In this document: piece by piece, positions 50,020-61,088 of the stretch
Layout: every line of letters starts with the position of its first letter
How positions within the stretch are numbered: the stretch's first letter is position 1
Origin: Lepidodermella squamata
Lineage: Eukaryota > Animalia > Gastrotricha
Assembly: GCA_047495785.1 (NCBI GenBank)
Contig: JBLDXI010000002.1
Span: 1,922,001-1,986,000, forward strand
Direction: 5' to 3'
Length of the DNA stretch: 64,000 nt
Translations under genes and position numbers: made by a program
Notes under the pieces: model-generated
Databases searched by the model: none
Seen by the model: the letters and a program-made list of their open reading frames with translations, nothing else
What the model was told of the DNA's origin: nothing

Positions 50020-50060
50020 GTAGCCTGATGATGGTCCACGCAAGGACCGAAACGTCGCAC
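50020..50060 (+). ncRNA. Minimal hammerhead ribozyme in the Penelope pLTR
   Basis: CTGATGA-t-GGTCC-acgcaa-GGACC-GAAAC-GTC core. Confidence 0.8.
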
Positions 50061-52526
50061 GTTATAAATAAAGTTGTAATCAGAAGCAACTTGGTGTCGC
50101 TCTCTTTTTTGGTTAATCTGTACCCGACTCGGGTTTTCATTTCCTCACTGAAACGCGACAAAGATCTGGAACTGTTTCGGAGCATCGAGAACACGAGCAA
50201 GAAGCTGACCAACTGCATGCTCGCTATCGATTTCAACCGTTTGTGCCAAAACTTCGCCGTCACTCCGACGTATGCGCGGGTTTCAAGCGATAAAGCGGAG
50301 AGGTGGACTCAATCAAGTGCTACGTACGAACGAAACTGCATACAGGAAGAATTACAGTCGAAGCTCGAAACACTTCAAAGTCTCAGGACAGAATTTACAT
50401 CATTATTCAAAGTTGCTCGGAAGCGATGGAAGCCCTTCAGATACATGGTCTGCCTCGCTGTGATCAGCCGGCTACATTGGAAGCATTATTCAGATGCATC
50501 AGAAACGAACATCGAAAAATTTTCCAGATTAATTGAGCCGAAAATTGACGTCGACAAGCACATTGTGAATTTGTCAAACTACAGACTCTCCTTCTTCGAG
50601 AAACTGGCGTTATGCAGAGGCCTCAACTTCTCACTACCAACGAAAGTCACAAAACAGGAAGTGCTGGCCGCCTTCGAGAAAGGATACTGGCAACTGGACA
50701 AGCAACTAAACGACGAAAAGCGCCCCCTAGCTTCTTCTACGGTGAAGTCGATTGCATTGCACTATGCTGATGCGAAGTCCGACGCGGGCCCGCGATCCCT
50801 TCATCGCGCAATCCAACGACTGGCGAAACGTTCAGATATTGTCATAACGGAACCCGACAAAGGATCCGGAGTGGTGATTATGAATGCAGACGACTATCAC
50901 CGCCTTCTGCATGAAGCTTCAGTGGCCGATACGTCGAAGTTTGTTCAAATCAGCAGTGAACGACCTAGAATGCCCGGAAAACCTCCGAAGTATTATCATC
51001 CGCTGTTGGACCGTGAGAAGGAGCTCAATGAAGCAGTTGGTAACATTCTTCCAAAGGTCTTGGCAGAACAAGTAAGGAGCAAAGGTGCTAGGCTAGCTCA
51101 CCTCCGCGGGCTCCCGAAGATTCACAAGAATCCAACTGCTATGAGACCGATCTTGTCGGCGACTGGCACCTACAACTTCAAATTGGCTGCATGGCTGGAT
51201 CAACTTCTCAAGCCACTCGCTTCGAATGACAGGATGATACCTGATATCCTGAATTTCATCGAGAAAGAAGTTAACGGTTTGAAACTGAATCCTGGAGAAA
51301 TTCTGGTCTCGTACGACGTGACTTCACTCTTCACGAACGTTCCGGTTGCCGAAACCATCGAGTATCTCGTGGACAAAGCCTTCAGAGGCGGATGGTTCAA
51401 CCGAAAATATAAACTCAAGTTGACTAAGGACAACCTGCGAACGTTGCTAAATCTAGCAGTCAAGGATCAGCTGTTCACTTACAATGGTTCCTTATACATC
51501 CAAGTCGAAGGCGTCGCGATGGGCTCGCCACTTGGACCACTAATGGCCAATGCCTTCATGAGCATGCTGGAAGAACGCCTGAGCAAGAGCAAACAACTGC
51601 CCGCTTTCTATCGTCGGTTTGTTGACGATACTCTGACTATCATGAAAGGCGTAACTGCAGCGAATCATTTCCTCGAAGTACTCAACGGTCTTCATCCGTC
51701 GGTGAAATTCACCATGGAAATTGAACAGAACAACCAGATCGCTTTCTGCGGTGCCCTCGTGAAGACAACTGGGTCGGTTCTGAAGACTGAGGTGTACCAC
51801 AAACCAACGGACACCGGGCTGTTGTTGCACTTCCAGAGTCACACCGACACCAAGTATAAGACGTGCCTCATCAAGACCATGCTGTATCGCGCCTACCGGC
51901 TTAACAGTGAATGGCTCGGATTCAGCAGGGAAGTTGATCATCTGCGAAAAACTTTTTTGAATCTTCAATACCCTTTAGCCATGTTTGAGAAGCTGTTGGC
52001 ATCATTTGTTGACAAAGTCTACCCCAATGGTATAAAAACTGAGGAGACGAAGATCGAACCTGTACGCTTTGTGTTACCCTACAAAGACGGGAAAATTGCT
52101 CGACAAGTCAAGATGAGGCTCAACGATCTTTCTGGAAAACTCCGGGTGGCGGTTCAGGCCATGTTCACAAGCCGGAAAATCATCGAAAATTTCGGAGCGA
52201 AGGAGATCAAGCCTGAACTCGTAAACCGCCAGTGCGTCGTATATCGTTTTTCATGTGGCCAGTGTGACGCTGGCTATGTCGGGATGACCACGCGGCACCT
52301 ACATCAACGAGTCGAGGAACACAAGCTCGCTTCGAGTTCAATTGGCAAACATCTGGCCACACACAAACTGCCTGATAGCTTTGACATCAATGCTCACTTC
52401 AAAGTATTACGCAAGTGTCGCAACAGGTGGGACTGCTTGGTCCACGAAAGTCTACTCATCAAGCAGACAAAGATTGCTGTGAGCCTGAACGTGCAGTCTG
52501 ACTCAATAAAATTAAAGCTATTTTGA
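50028..52526 (+). CDS. Penelope RT + GIY-YIG endonuclease (start codon uncertain)
   Basis: SYDVTSLFTNVP, GVAMGSPLGP, RFVDD; VVYRFSCGQCDAGYVGMT..R..EH; uninterrupted frame. Confidence 0.95.
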   Translation: MMVHARTETSHVINKVVIRSNLVSLSFLVNLYPTRVFISSLKRDKDLELFRSIENTSKKLTNCMLAIDFNRLCQNFAVTPTYARVSSDKAERWTQSSATYERNCIQEELQSKLETLQSLRTEFTSLFKVARKRWKPFRYMVCLAVISRLHWKHYSDASETNIEKFSRLIEPKIDVDKHIVNLSNYRLSFFEKLALCRGLNFSLPTKVTKQEVLAAFEKGYWQLDKQLNDEKRPLASSTVKSIALHYADAKSDAGPRSLHRAIQRLAKRSDIVITEPDKGSGVVIMNADDYHRLLHEASVADTSKFVQISSERPRMPGKPPKYYHPLLDREKELNEAVGNILPKVLAEQVRSKGARLAHLRGLPKIHKNPTAMRPILSATGTYNFKLAAWLDQLLKPLASNDRMIPDILNFIEKEVNGLKLNPGEILVSYDVTSLFTNVPVAETIEYLVDKAFRGGWFNRKYKLKLTKDNLRTLLNLAVKDQLFTYNGSLYIQVEGVAMGSPLGPLMANAFMSMLEERLSKSKQLPAFYRRFVDDTLTIMKGVTAANHFLEVLNGLHPSVKFTMEIEQNNQIAFCGALVKTTGSVLKTEVYHKPTDTGLLLHFQSHTDTKYKTCLIKTMLYRAYRLNSEWLGFSREVDHLRKTFLNLQYPLAMFEKLLASFVDKVYPNGIKTEETKIEPVRFVLPYKDGKIARQVKMRLNDLSGKLRVAVQAMFTSRKIIENFGAKEIKPELVNRQCVVYRFSCGQCDAGYVGMTTRHLHQRVEEHKLASSSIGKHLATHKLPDSFDINAHFKVLRKCRNRWDCLVHESLLIKQTKIAVSLNVQSDSIKLKLF

Positions 52527-52612
52527 CAGTTTCTAGTTTCTATTTTCATCCTGATACCTTGTTGTGCTTTTGTCTTTTACTGTAATAATTTCTTGTTGTG
52601 TTTTCTTTTGTT

Positions 52613-52653
52613 GTAGCCTGATGATGGTCCACGCAAGGACCGAAACGTCGCAC
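52613..52653 (+). ncRNA. Minimal hammerhead ribozyme, 3' pLTR
   Basis: Identical to 50020-50060. Confidence 0.8.
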
Positions 52654-53364
52654 GTTATAAATAAAGTTGTAATCAGAAGCAACTTGGTGTCGCTCTCTTT
52701 TTTGGTTAATCAGATAGTTCAGAAATAAAAAATTCAGCGATAACAGAAAATCGATAACCGATAATCGATAATCGATAATCAGTGATTTCTTGAGTGAAAA
52801 TGCATTTTTTGGTGATTATGACAACAAATTTGAAAACTAAAGGTGTGAATTGACTTTGGACTACTGTTAACTAATTTTTCAAAGCGATGGGTACGGCAAA
52901 AAAAAAATCGCAAAGAAGCCTCACTCATGGATACGCACATTTGCGTATATGGCTATATTCTGCAAAAATCTGCATACGCACATGTGCGTATATGGCTATT
53001 CTCTGCAAATTTTCGTATACGCAAATGTGCGTATACGGCGCGTAAAGTGTTAATGAGAAATTTTAAGAAGTTGAAGAATTTCAAGCCTTCTTTTGCCAAT
53101 GGAACTCCTTAATTTCTTGAAACTCGTCATTAAATTGATACGCATCGAATTCGCCTTCTGCAAAATTTTGTGGCCACCCTGTATTGATTTTGATTACGCC
53201 GAGTCTAAAATGAACAACTATCTGAAAGCGCGACGTAAACCAAATGCCTAACTTATCACTCATCTTCGCAATATACGTAACTTGCTTTTCTCATCAATTC
53301 ATGATTTACAAGAGCATTTTATTATTAAAATCAATCGGCAAAAAATGAGCAGGCTTTAAAAATT

Positions 53365-54734
53365 TCAGCGGCCGGTTATCAGATCGGCATTATTTTCAAC
53401 TAACGAATTTGCTGGGGTACTGCCACCTTCGATGTAACTGATTAGAACAGGCGGTGCAATGGGCCCAGGGCACACCATTTCGCGAAGGTCGCCGAGCATG
53501 TTTCCACAGCAGCCGTAAAAAGTCGGTTGCTCACGGGTTCGCCAAACCTTTTCCTGGCAATGAAGCGTGTAGACACCCTGCGAGGATTGCAAGGGCGGGC
53601 TTGAAGTCGACTTCGCAATCAACCGTGGCTGCGGCTTTCGAACAGCTGGAGCTTCTTTTTCCTGAATCTCCAAACTTTCTTCAAATTTCCGCTGCTTCTC
53701 CCGCTCGATTCTTAGATACTGACGATAGTGGCGTCGCAAATTTTCGATTTGTTCACTGCTTAGAGATTCCGATGATGAACCTGTCAGATTATCTCTCGTT
53801 TCAACAACTGGCTCCAACTTGTGCAGTTCAGGTATTTCTTCCACCGGCGTGACAACCTTTAAACCAGCTTGTAATAACTGGCTTTGTTGACTGCCTCGAA
53901 CATTTAACTGAGGGGTCGGTGTAGACATTGACTGTGAGCTCAAATTTCCAGCATCTTCATCAGTTTTCCTCCGAATAATTCGATTTTCGTGACATTTCAG
54001 ATGCCGAGTATTAAAAGCTCGATCTCCGCAGCAAGAAATAAATTCAGCCTATATTAAATTAGTAATTAATATCGCTTCTATTTCAAGGGATGAAAACTGA
54101 CCTCGTCATTCGTAGTCGCAAAGGTCCGTTTTTGGCACTTTGCCAACCGAATTCCATTACCCAGTCCAGCTGGTCCAATCAATTCGGGCTTTGAGCCGCC
54201 ATCTTTCGAATTCACCTCCAGCGAGTAATCATCTTCATAAGATGCCAAGCCTGGTCTATTGATTTTCGCAAATACCTGGTTCGGCATGTTAACAAGATCC
54301 ACCCCGGGTATTTTCCGGTTATTATTCCCCTGAAATTTCCTTGGTTTCACAATCGGCCGGTCGTAGCCCTGGTGCTGAACCATGCCAGGTCGGTAGTACA
54401 AGTGTTGATACCGGTCATTCGTCGTCATTTGACCCGGCCGTGCTACGACCGGGTTCAATCGATGAAACTGCGGGTATAGACTGGTCTGCCGGCCTAATTG
54501 CACCCGGTAGGCCGGTTGGGGCACCTTCGCCGCGTGAGGTGCGGCATGAAAAACGGCTGATTGGCGCGGTTGGACCGCGTGCGGCCGCATCGCCGCCGCG
54601 ACCACCTGCCGAGGCTGGTTATAAGCCGCCCGCGGTGGTACCATCGGCCTGTTGTTGTTCCGGAACCCATGCAACGTGCCTACGTTCAAGATTAGGCCCA
54701 ACACGGCGGTTAAAATTAAATAGTAATTTTTCAT
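53365..54734 (-). CDS. Secreted low-complexity protein with two CCG-containing (galaxin-like) Cys modules; exons 54734-54102 and 54048-53365
   Basis: Signal peptide MKNYYLILTAVLGLILNVGTLHG. A phase-0 53-nt GT-AG intron joins the ORFs to give CQKRTFATTNDE|AEFISCCGDRAFNTRHLKC; second module CQEKVW...GCCGN...VCP. Confidence 0.7.
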
Positions 54735-55453
54735 GCGAATCTATACATAAAAAATAATGAATTTTATATAAAAAATATTTAAAAAATATATTAAAATATT
54801 AGTGAATTTTGATTAATTAAAAATTTGGCAAGGGTTATTTTCTAATTAATTTTGCGAAAAGCTGGTGGTATAAGATATTTAGCATGGTTGTTAGCGAATA
54901 TTTTTTTTCGGCCCAGGCAAAACAACCGGCCGCGTTATTTCAAATCCCGACAGCTTTCACTTCTACGCGAATAAATGATGGTAGGTATATTGCAGGTATA
55001 CGTAAATACTCATTCAAGCCCGTGCCGTCTATTCATTATTTTCGCTGTTCTATCTTTGATGTTTATTAATTGCTGTAGAAAAACGCAGAGGTGCAAACAA
55101 ACAACAAAGCGTTTGTTCAGTTTCACTGGATTGTTCACCACTGTTGTGTGTTATAATATTATTTTTATAATCATTATCATCTCTCATCTTCAGCAGGTAA
55201 TGATAACATGCTGTAAAACAATCCAGTCGGATATTTATACTCAAGTTTTTAAACATGGAAAAAGCGAGCCGCTAGCGAAATGCCAAATTTATTCATCAAC
55301 AATCTTAGGAAGACTTGGATAAAAATAAATTTAATCGATTTTTTCACGTGAAAATAATGATTGAAAAAAATAATAAAATCGCGTGCTCACTTATATATAC
55401 GAATTTGTTTTCGAATAAATGACGTAAAATAGTTTTTTTTGGAAATTTAAGCA

Positions 55454-56653
55454 ATGAAGCGATCGAATTTGAAATCAGCCTTATCAGCCTTAATTTCCGT
55501 TTCGTTAATCGCTTACTTCGCATTTTTCTCCCAAGAAAATAGTTTCATCTCGAAATCGGCCAGTTATATTGGTTCCAGCCATTATGAGCCCAAAACTATT
55601 TTGTTATGGACCCATTGGTTTAAGGATCCTTTGTGGTCTGAATTCTTCGTCAAGTACAACAATTACAGCCTGGTCTGGCCGAGTGATAGCGACCCAGCAA
55701 AAACTTGTATTCTAACTATCAATAGGGCTATTTGGCCTGGAGCTTCAGCTATCGTATTTCATGGAGCTAATTTCGAACTGGACATCAAGCTCCCCTCGAA
55801 AAGATCCCCCGACCAGCCATGGGTTTATTTCCTGATGGAAGCTGAACCTAAAAGTGGGATGAACCAGTCGAAATATGATTTGGCCAATGAAATTGGCTTC
55901 AACTGGACGATGACCTACAGACCAAGGGCTGATATTTACTTACCATATGGCGAAATTGTTAGACGAAAACAGCCTCTAACCGAACGCGAAAAGTTGGAAA
56001 TCGACGAAAGGATTCGCAAATTCACCCATGGATTTTCGAACCGTTCAATGGCTGCTTATTGGGCGGTTTCCGACTGCAAAACTCAGGGCAATCGGGAAGA
56101 TTTGGTTCATAAGCTGAAGCGTTTGATACGTATTGACAAATGGGGAAGCTGTGCTAGGTACAAAAAGTTCAAACGGCCTCAAAATGTGTGGCGCAAACTT
56201 GGCGTCCCTAACTTTTTCTCGAAGTATCGATTTTATTTCAGCCTCGAAAATGCGCTATGCGACGATTACATCACCGAAAAGGCATACCTTGGCTATTACA
56301 CGAGTTTGAAGTTCGGCCTTATTCCTGTGGTCTACAATTGGGCTACAGTCGAGGCGATTTTACCTCCTGGGTCTTACATCGATGTTTTACAGTTCAAAAG
56401 TGCCGATGAATTAGCGAATCGATTGATCGAGATTTCTAGATATCCACCTGAGAAACTGGCTCAATTTTACGCCTGGCAATACGATTATGAGTTGAAGTAC
56501 CGCGAAGTCGATGGTTTCTATCAATACTATTATTCGCTCAATCGGGGTTGGTCGACCCTTTGCGATCGATTGTGGACCGGTAACTACGGGCCGAAGACCA
56601 TTCGCAATTTGCGAAAAGAACTTGGCGAATGTCATGAACCACCTCAATTTTAG
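55454..56653 (+). CDS. Alpha-1,3-fucosyltransferase (GT10)
   Basis: Type II TM anchor; FNWTMTYR; YRFYFSLENALCDDYITEK motif; intronless. Confidence 0.95.
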   Translation: MKRSNLKSALSALISVSLIAYFAFFSQENSFISKSASYIGSSHYEPKTILLWTHWFKDPLWSEFFVKYNNYSLVWPSDSDPAKTCILTINRAIWPGASAIVFHGANFELDIKLPSKRSPDQPWVYFLMEAEPKSGMNQSKYDLANEIGFNWTMTYRPRADIYLPYGEIVRRKQPLTEREKLEIDERIRKFTHGFSNRSMAAYWAVSDCKTQGNREDLVHKLKRLIRIDKWGSCARYKKFKRPQNVWRKLGVPNFFSKYRFYFSLENALCDDYITEKAYLGYYTSLKFGLIPVVYNWATVEAILPPGSYIDVLQFKSADELANRLIEISRYPPEKLAQFYAWQYDYELKYREVDGFYQYYYSLNRGWSTLCDRLWTGNYGPKTIRNLRKELGECHEPPQF

Positions 56654-56870
56654 CGGTGATAATTAGAATCAAAATAATAAATTAATAAATTAATAAATTT
56701 CCGTCTTTTTTGCTATGTCATTATATGCATTTTTTTATTTTAGCGGAAAATTGATTCATTAAAGGAAAAAAACATGTCGCGTGCTCCTAAAAAAATGTTT
56801 CACGTGGAATTTTCTCCAGTGAAGGGTGAAAACAAAAATAACGCTCTAATTTCTCTGAAAATTATCGAAA

Positions 56871-58097
56871 ATGAGAGCAGTGCGGCGGTCTTATTTCATC
56901 CCAATTTCAGCTCTAGCTTCGGCTTTAATAATTTTGTATTTCATAATATTTCCAACAAATAATGGTTTATTTCCACGGCCTGATGTTGCTACATCGATTT
57001 CGACGAAAAATGTCGCTGTTATTCGCCATCAGCCGAAATTAATTTTGCTGTGGACCCAGTGGATGTCGGACCCCTGGTGGTCCGAGTTTTACATGTACAA
57101 CAATTACAGCATGATCTGGCCGAGCGATAGCGACCCGGCAAAAGCCTGTATCTTATCGATCAATCGACCTCTTCTTCCTGGAGCTTCGGCCGTTGTCTTC
57201 CATGGTGCTGATTTTGAGCTGGACATCAAACTCCCGGCGCAAAGATCGCCTGACCAGCCTTGGGTTTTCTTCCTCATGGAATCTGAACCTCAAAGTGCGA
57301 TGACTAAGCAGAAGTATGATTTGGCTAATCAAATAGGATTCAACTGGACGATGACCTACAGACCAAGTGCCGATATTTACCTACCATACGGTGAAATTGC
57401 GAAACGGAAGCATCCGTTAACCAAGTTGGAAAAGTTGGAAATCGATGAAAAAATTCGTAAATTCACTCATGGATTTTCGAACCGATCATTGGACGCTTAT
57501 TGGGCAGTTTCTCACTGTGAAACTCAAGGCAAGCGTGAAGTTCTGGTTGAAAAGCTGGCGAAATTAATAAAAATCGAGAAATGGGGACGATGTGCTGGCA
57601 ATGAGTCATTTCGAAAACCTCAAGTTGCGTGGCAAAATTCCGGAGTTGCGAACTTTTTCTCGCGATATCGCTTCTATTTCGGCCTCGAAAATTCTCTTTG
57701 CGATGATTATATCACCGAGAAGGCTTACCTCGGTTTTTTTACAAGTTTGAAGTTCGGCCTTATTCCTGTGGTCTACAATTGGGCTAAAATGGATACTATT
57801 CTACCCCCTGGGTCGTACATCGATGTTTTGCAGTTCAAAAGCGCCGAAGCATTGGCTGATCGATTGATTGAGGTTGTGAATTATCCGCCGGAAAAATTGG
57901 CCGCTTTTTACGCCTGGCATTACGACTACAAGATAATTTACCGCGAGGTAGATGGCTTTTATCAGTACTACTATAATCTCAAGTTTGGCTGGTCAACACT
58001 CTGCGATCGCCTGTGGCAGCTTGGAAACTATACGACGAAGACGATTCGCGATTTACGAAAAGAACTTGGCGAATGCCATGAACCTCCTCAATTTTAG
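56871..58097 (+). CDS. Alpha-1,3-fucosyltransferase (GT10), tandem paralog
   Basis: YRFYFGLENSLCDDYITEK; same architecture. Confidence 0.95.
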   Translation: MRAVRRSYFIPISALASALIILYFIIFPTNNGLFPRPDVATSISTKNVAVIRHQPKLILLWTQWMSDPWWSEFYMYNNYSMIWPSDSDPAKACILSINRPLLPGASAVVFHGADFELDIKLPAQRSPDQPWVFFLMESEPQSAMTKQKYDLANQIGFNWTMTYRPSADIYLPYGEIAKRKHPLTKLEKLEIDEKIRKFTHGFSNRSLDAYWAVSHCETQGKREVLVEKLAKLIKIEKWGRCAGNESFRKPQVAWQNSGVANFFSRYRFYFGLENSLCDDYITEKAYLGFFTSLKFGLIPVVYNWAKMDTILPPGSYIDVLQFKSAEALADRLIEVVNYPPEKLAAFYAWHYDYKIIYREVDGFYQYYYNLKFGWSTLCDRLWQLGNYTTKTIRDLRKELGECHEPPQF

Positions 58098-59116
58098 CGC
58101 TGAGTCACAAATAAATAAATCATTCATTAATTTTTCTATGTCTTTTTAATATTTTAAAATTGTTTAATCAAGCATTGGCCGAGCTAACTTACTCGGAAAT
58201 ATTTTTTTCGTTTTTTTTCATCTTTATGGCGTGTGTGTGAAGACCTCTATAGTGGTCATCTTACGTGTTCTTGGCTTCACCAAAGCATTATATTTGACAT
58301 GGAAGAAAAAACTTGGCAAAGGGATAGCAATTTCCGTGTTTCGACACTCGCCGCCGCCGCGGTGTCAAAAAGCGAGTCTAAAGTTCATCGCCTACCTCAT
58401 CTTTTAATGAATTCGCGTGATACACGTGAATGCATTAACGTGTGACATATAGCGCCTGGTCGTCATAGTTTTTACGACACGTCATTATAATAAAACTACA
58501 AAACGGACGCAACAAAAAATTGATGAACACATCACACATAGGTGCGAGTGATGATGATGAAATAAAAAACTTCAACTCCATTACCACAACGTGTCCATTT
58601 TTATTAATGATTCGCCTCACTGGCGACGAAAATTGTTCATATGATTTTTTTAAAGATCTTGGTGTGTGCAAATTGTGAAAGCCAGCGGTAAAAAAAAATG
58701 GCCGCGCGTTCGCCTCGAAAGTTTTGACAGCAATATTTGTATACAATAACTTTTAATTGTTTGAAACATTGACCATAACAATATTGATAAGAGGATAAGT
58801 TATATGTAAGGGCCGCTTGAATATCTCGGATATGTTTCTGACTATTTTTTCGGGGAAAAACTATAACGGATCAATGTTTCCGAAAAGGCGAGACGCGTTA
58901 TAGTGAAGTAGCGGCCGGTATTAAGACAGAAAAATGATGTGCCAATTAAAAAAGGTGAAAGGTTATAAACACACTAAGCGTTATATAATTAATTAAATGT
59001 TTGTATGAGTCATTATTTTCCATGTTCCAAACCAGGCCGTGACAAATGATGCGTAAATCCTATCGAAAGTTGACTGATTATACGCCGCAAATTTCCTGTC
59101 CTCCATTGTTATACTA

Positions 59117-60267
59117 CTAGTACGCAAGTTGAAGCCGTTGAACGTGATGGCCGCTCTCCTCGGCCAGGAATGATGAGATGGCCATAAGTGAGAGGCGCCG
59201 CTCGCGGTGCATGATGCACAGTGAAGAGCGTTCGATGACGGCGCTCAACAGGTGCAGGAATACGCACTTGCGCGTGTCGAACGGCTCGAAATGACTGCGC
59301 AGGTAATTGTCCACTTCGCGCATCTGGTCTTGCAGCCCCATAAAATCGATAAAATACCTGAAAAAATTTAGTTTTATTAAAAATAAAAAATCCGCCTTAA
59401 TAATTACCGAGTACAAATTGACTGTTCGATTTTCGTAAATTCGTTGTTGCTCATCGATGGGCGGTAGCCTTTCGAAAGCAGATCACAGTATCGCAACAAG
59501 CCGCCGCCGCGGATGCGCTCCGGCTCTTGCGTTGATATCAACTTTTGATGCAAATCATTTATAGCCTGGCTGAAATCGCCGCTCGAGCAATCAGCCATAA
59601 CGTCGACGCTTTCGGACAACTTCTCGTCCAGCAACGCGTTACCCGTCAAATCCAGCAGTGGGTTTACGATGATTTTGAACGAATCAACCGAAAACTGGTA
59701 CGGCCGAGCCATTCTACTGACAAATTTCAGGTCAACATTCCGCCGCGATTCGCCGAGAGAAACCAAGCTCCATCGGTTCTTTTCGTCCCAAACTTTGACC
59801 ATTTTCGAAATGAAGCGGCAGGCGATTCGCTTCAGGTTAGCTAGGTCGGCATTCGACAGCGGCTTGTCAATCGCTGTTGATTTTCTTGACGATCGCAGCT
59901 TTGTAGCAAGGTGGTTGCGAATGCAGTTGAGCACGCATCGCCGGATCGTGTCGAAATCAGCCTCGGTAACGTCGTCGCCGAGTTCGAAGACAAAATCGAG
60001 GTCATTGAAATCGGACTGGCTCATGTCCTTGCTAAGGACATAACTCGCCGCGCCACCCGTCAGGCACACATCGGTGATGTTGATGCCGTGTTTGACGAGT
60101 GAATTTCGCACGGAAATTACCAGCGAGTGGATATCGAAGCCGATCTCGAGCATAGCCGGCGGCTGGTCGCCGAGGCTTAACCGCCGCACGCCGATCGGGT
60201 AGATGCCGAATTTGCTTTTCAGGAGTTTAACGAGCTTCTCCAGTGACTCATTTGATAGCTTTTCCAT
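59117..60267 (-). CDS. TENT5: Terminal nucleotidyltransferase 5 (FAM46 family); exons 60267-59408 and 59357-59117
   Basis: GGAASYVL, DLDFVF, RWSLVSL, DLKFV, FSVDSF, GGGLLRY; splicing gives CTRYFIDF. Confidence 0.9.
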
Positions 60268-60909
60268 TTATTGCCACGTTTTGAATTAGGACGTGAAATA
60301 GTGATAATTTCGGTAAAAATTCAATTCACCATATTTCGCTACACGGTCAAATATTTTTATATCGAGTTGGCCTTTAAAAAAAAATGGTAGATTTTAATCG
60401 TCTCTCTCGTGCGAAAAAATTATTATACTACTGCTGTTCTCAAATACAGTTGAGTTGCTTTGTTATTTCGCCTTAATATCAAGGTTTTTTTTATTCGTTA
60501 CTTGTATACACGCGCATGTGGCGACTATACAAAAAAGTCGCGCTTACAACAGTCCACCTCTCTCTCTCTCGCTCAGTGCCTCTCTCAAGCCGCGATAGCA
60601 AACCTCATCAACATATATGAAGGTGACCATATACATATATGCACGAGAAACAGGTCCTGCGTATAACGGCCGGCGCGCGTATAGTAGTTAAGTGATATAG
60701 AGTTATAGTTTAGACGGCGGGAGTGCAACAGGCCATTTGACGGGTGCGCAATTAACGCGTCGACCGCCGCCACCGCCGCTGCCGCCGATAAAGGCGTTGA
60801 CGACGTTTTCTAGTCTGAGAGAAGAGCAAGGATTGACTTTGCAGACAGATTGCGGTTTACGAGACGGCGTTAACCGGGAAAATTATTTAGGCACCTGGGA
60901 TTATGCCAG

Positions 60910-61088
60910 ATTATACTTCGGTTTTTTTGCATTATCAAAGTACGCGTGCCCACGTGACATGGGTAGATAGCTATATAGCTTTTGAGGCTGTGAATGACGA
61001 GGTGACGAAGTAGAAACCATCAGCTTTAGCTATTGTCTCGTGTCACGTGGGCACGCGTACTCTGATCCTGTAAAACCCGAAGTATAAT
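60910..61088. repeat. Small inverted repeat (MITE-like)
   Basis: ATTATACTTCGG...AGTACGCGTGCCCACGTGACA is mirrored at ~61041-61088. Confidence 0.7.

Larger units (their letters stand above)
48367..52707. mobile_element. Penelope-like retroelement with an inverted 5'-truncated arm
   Basis: 15-bp TSD AATCAGATAGTTCAG (48352-48366, 52708-52722); pLTRs at ~49963-50150, ~52556-52711 and inverted ~48367-48551. Confidence 0.95.
47682..53049. mobile_element. Non-autonomous piggyBac-type element
   Basis: TTAA TSD (47678-47681, 53050-53053); 14-bp TIR CACTTTACGCGCCG; subterminal TACGCACAT.TGCGTA repeats near both ends. Confidence 0.85.
47629..53181. mobile_element. Tc1/mariner-type MITE (~180 bp without its insert)
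   Basis: CAGGGTGG...GCAGAAGGCGAATTCGATGCG imperfect TIRs; TA on both sides. Confidence 0.85.

Noticed and set aside
48581-50263. 560-aa minus-strand ORF as a separate gene
   Set aside because: A chimera of antisense pLTR and the inverted Penelope 3' arm; its N-terminus is antisense to the real ORF.
47866-53040. TACGCACAT.TGCGTA palindromic repeats resembling a CRISPR array
   Set aside because: Irregular spacing, no cas genes, eukaryotic context; they are subterminal repeats of the piggyBac-type element.
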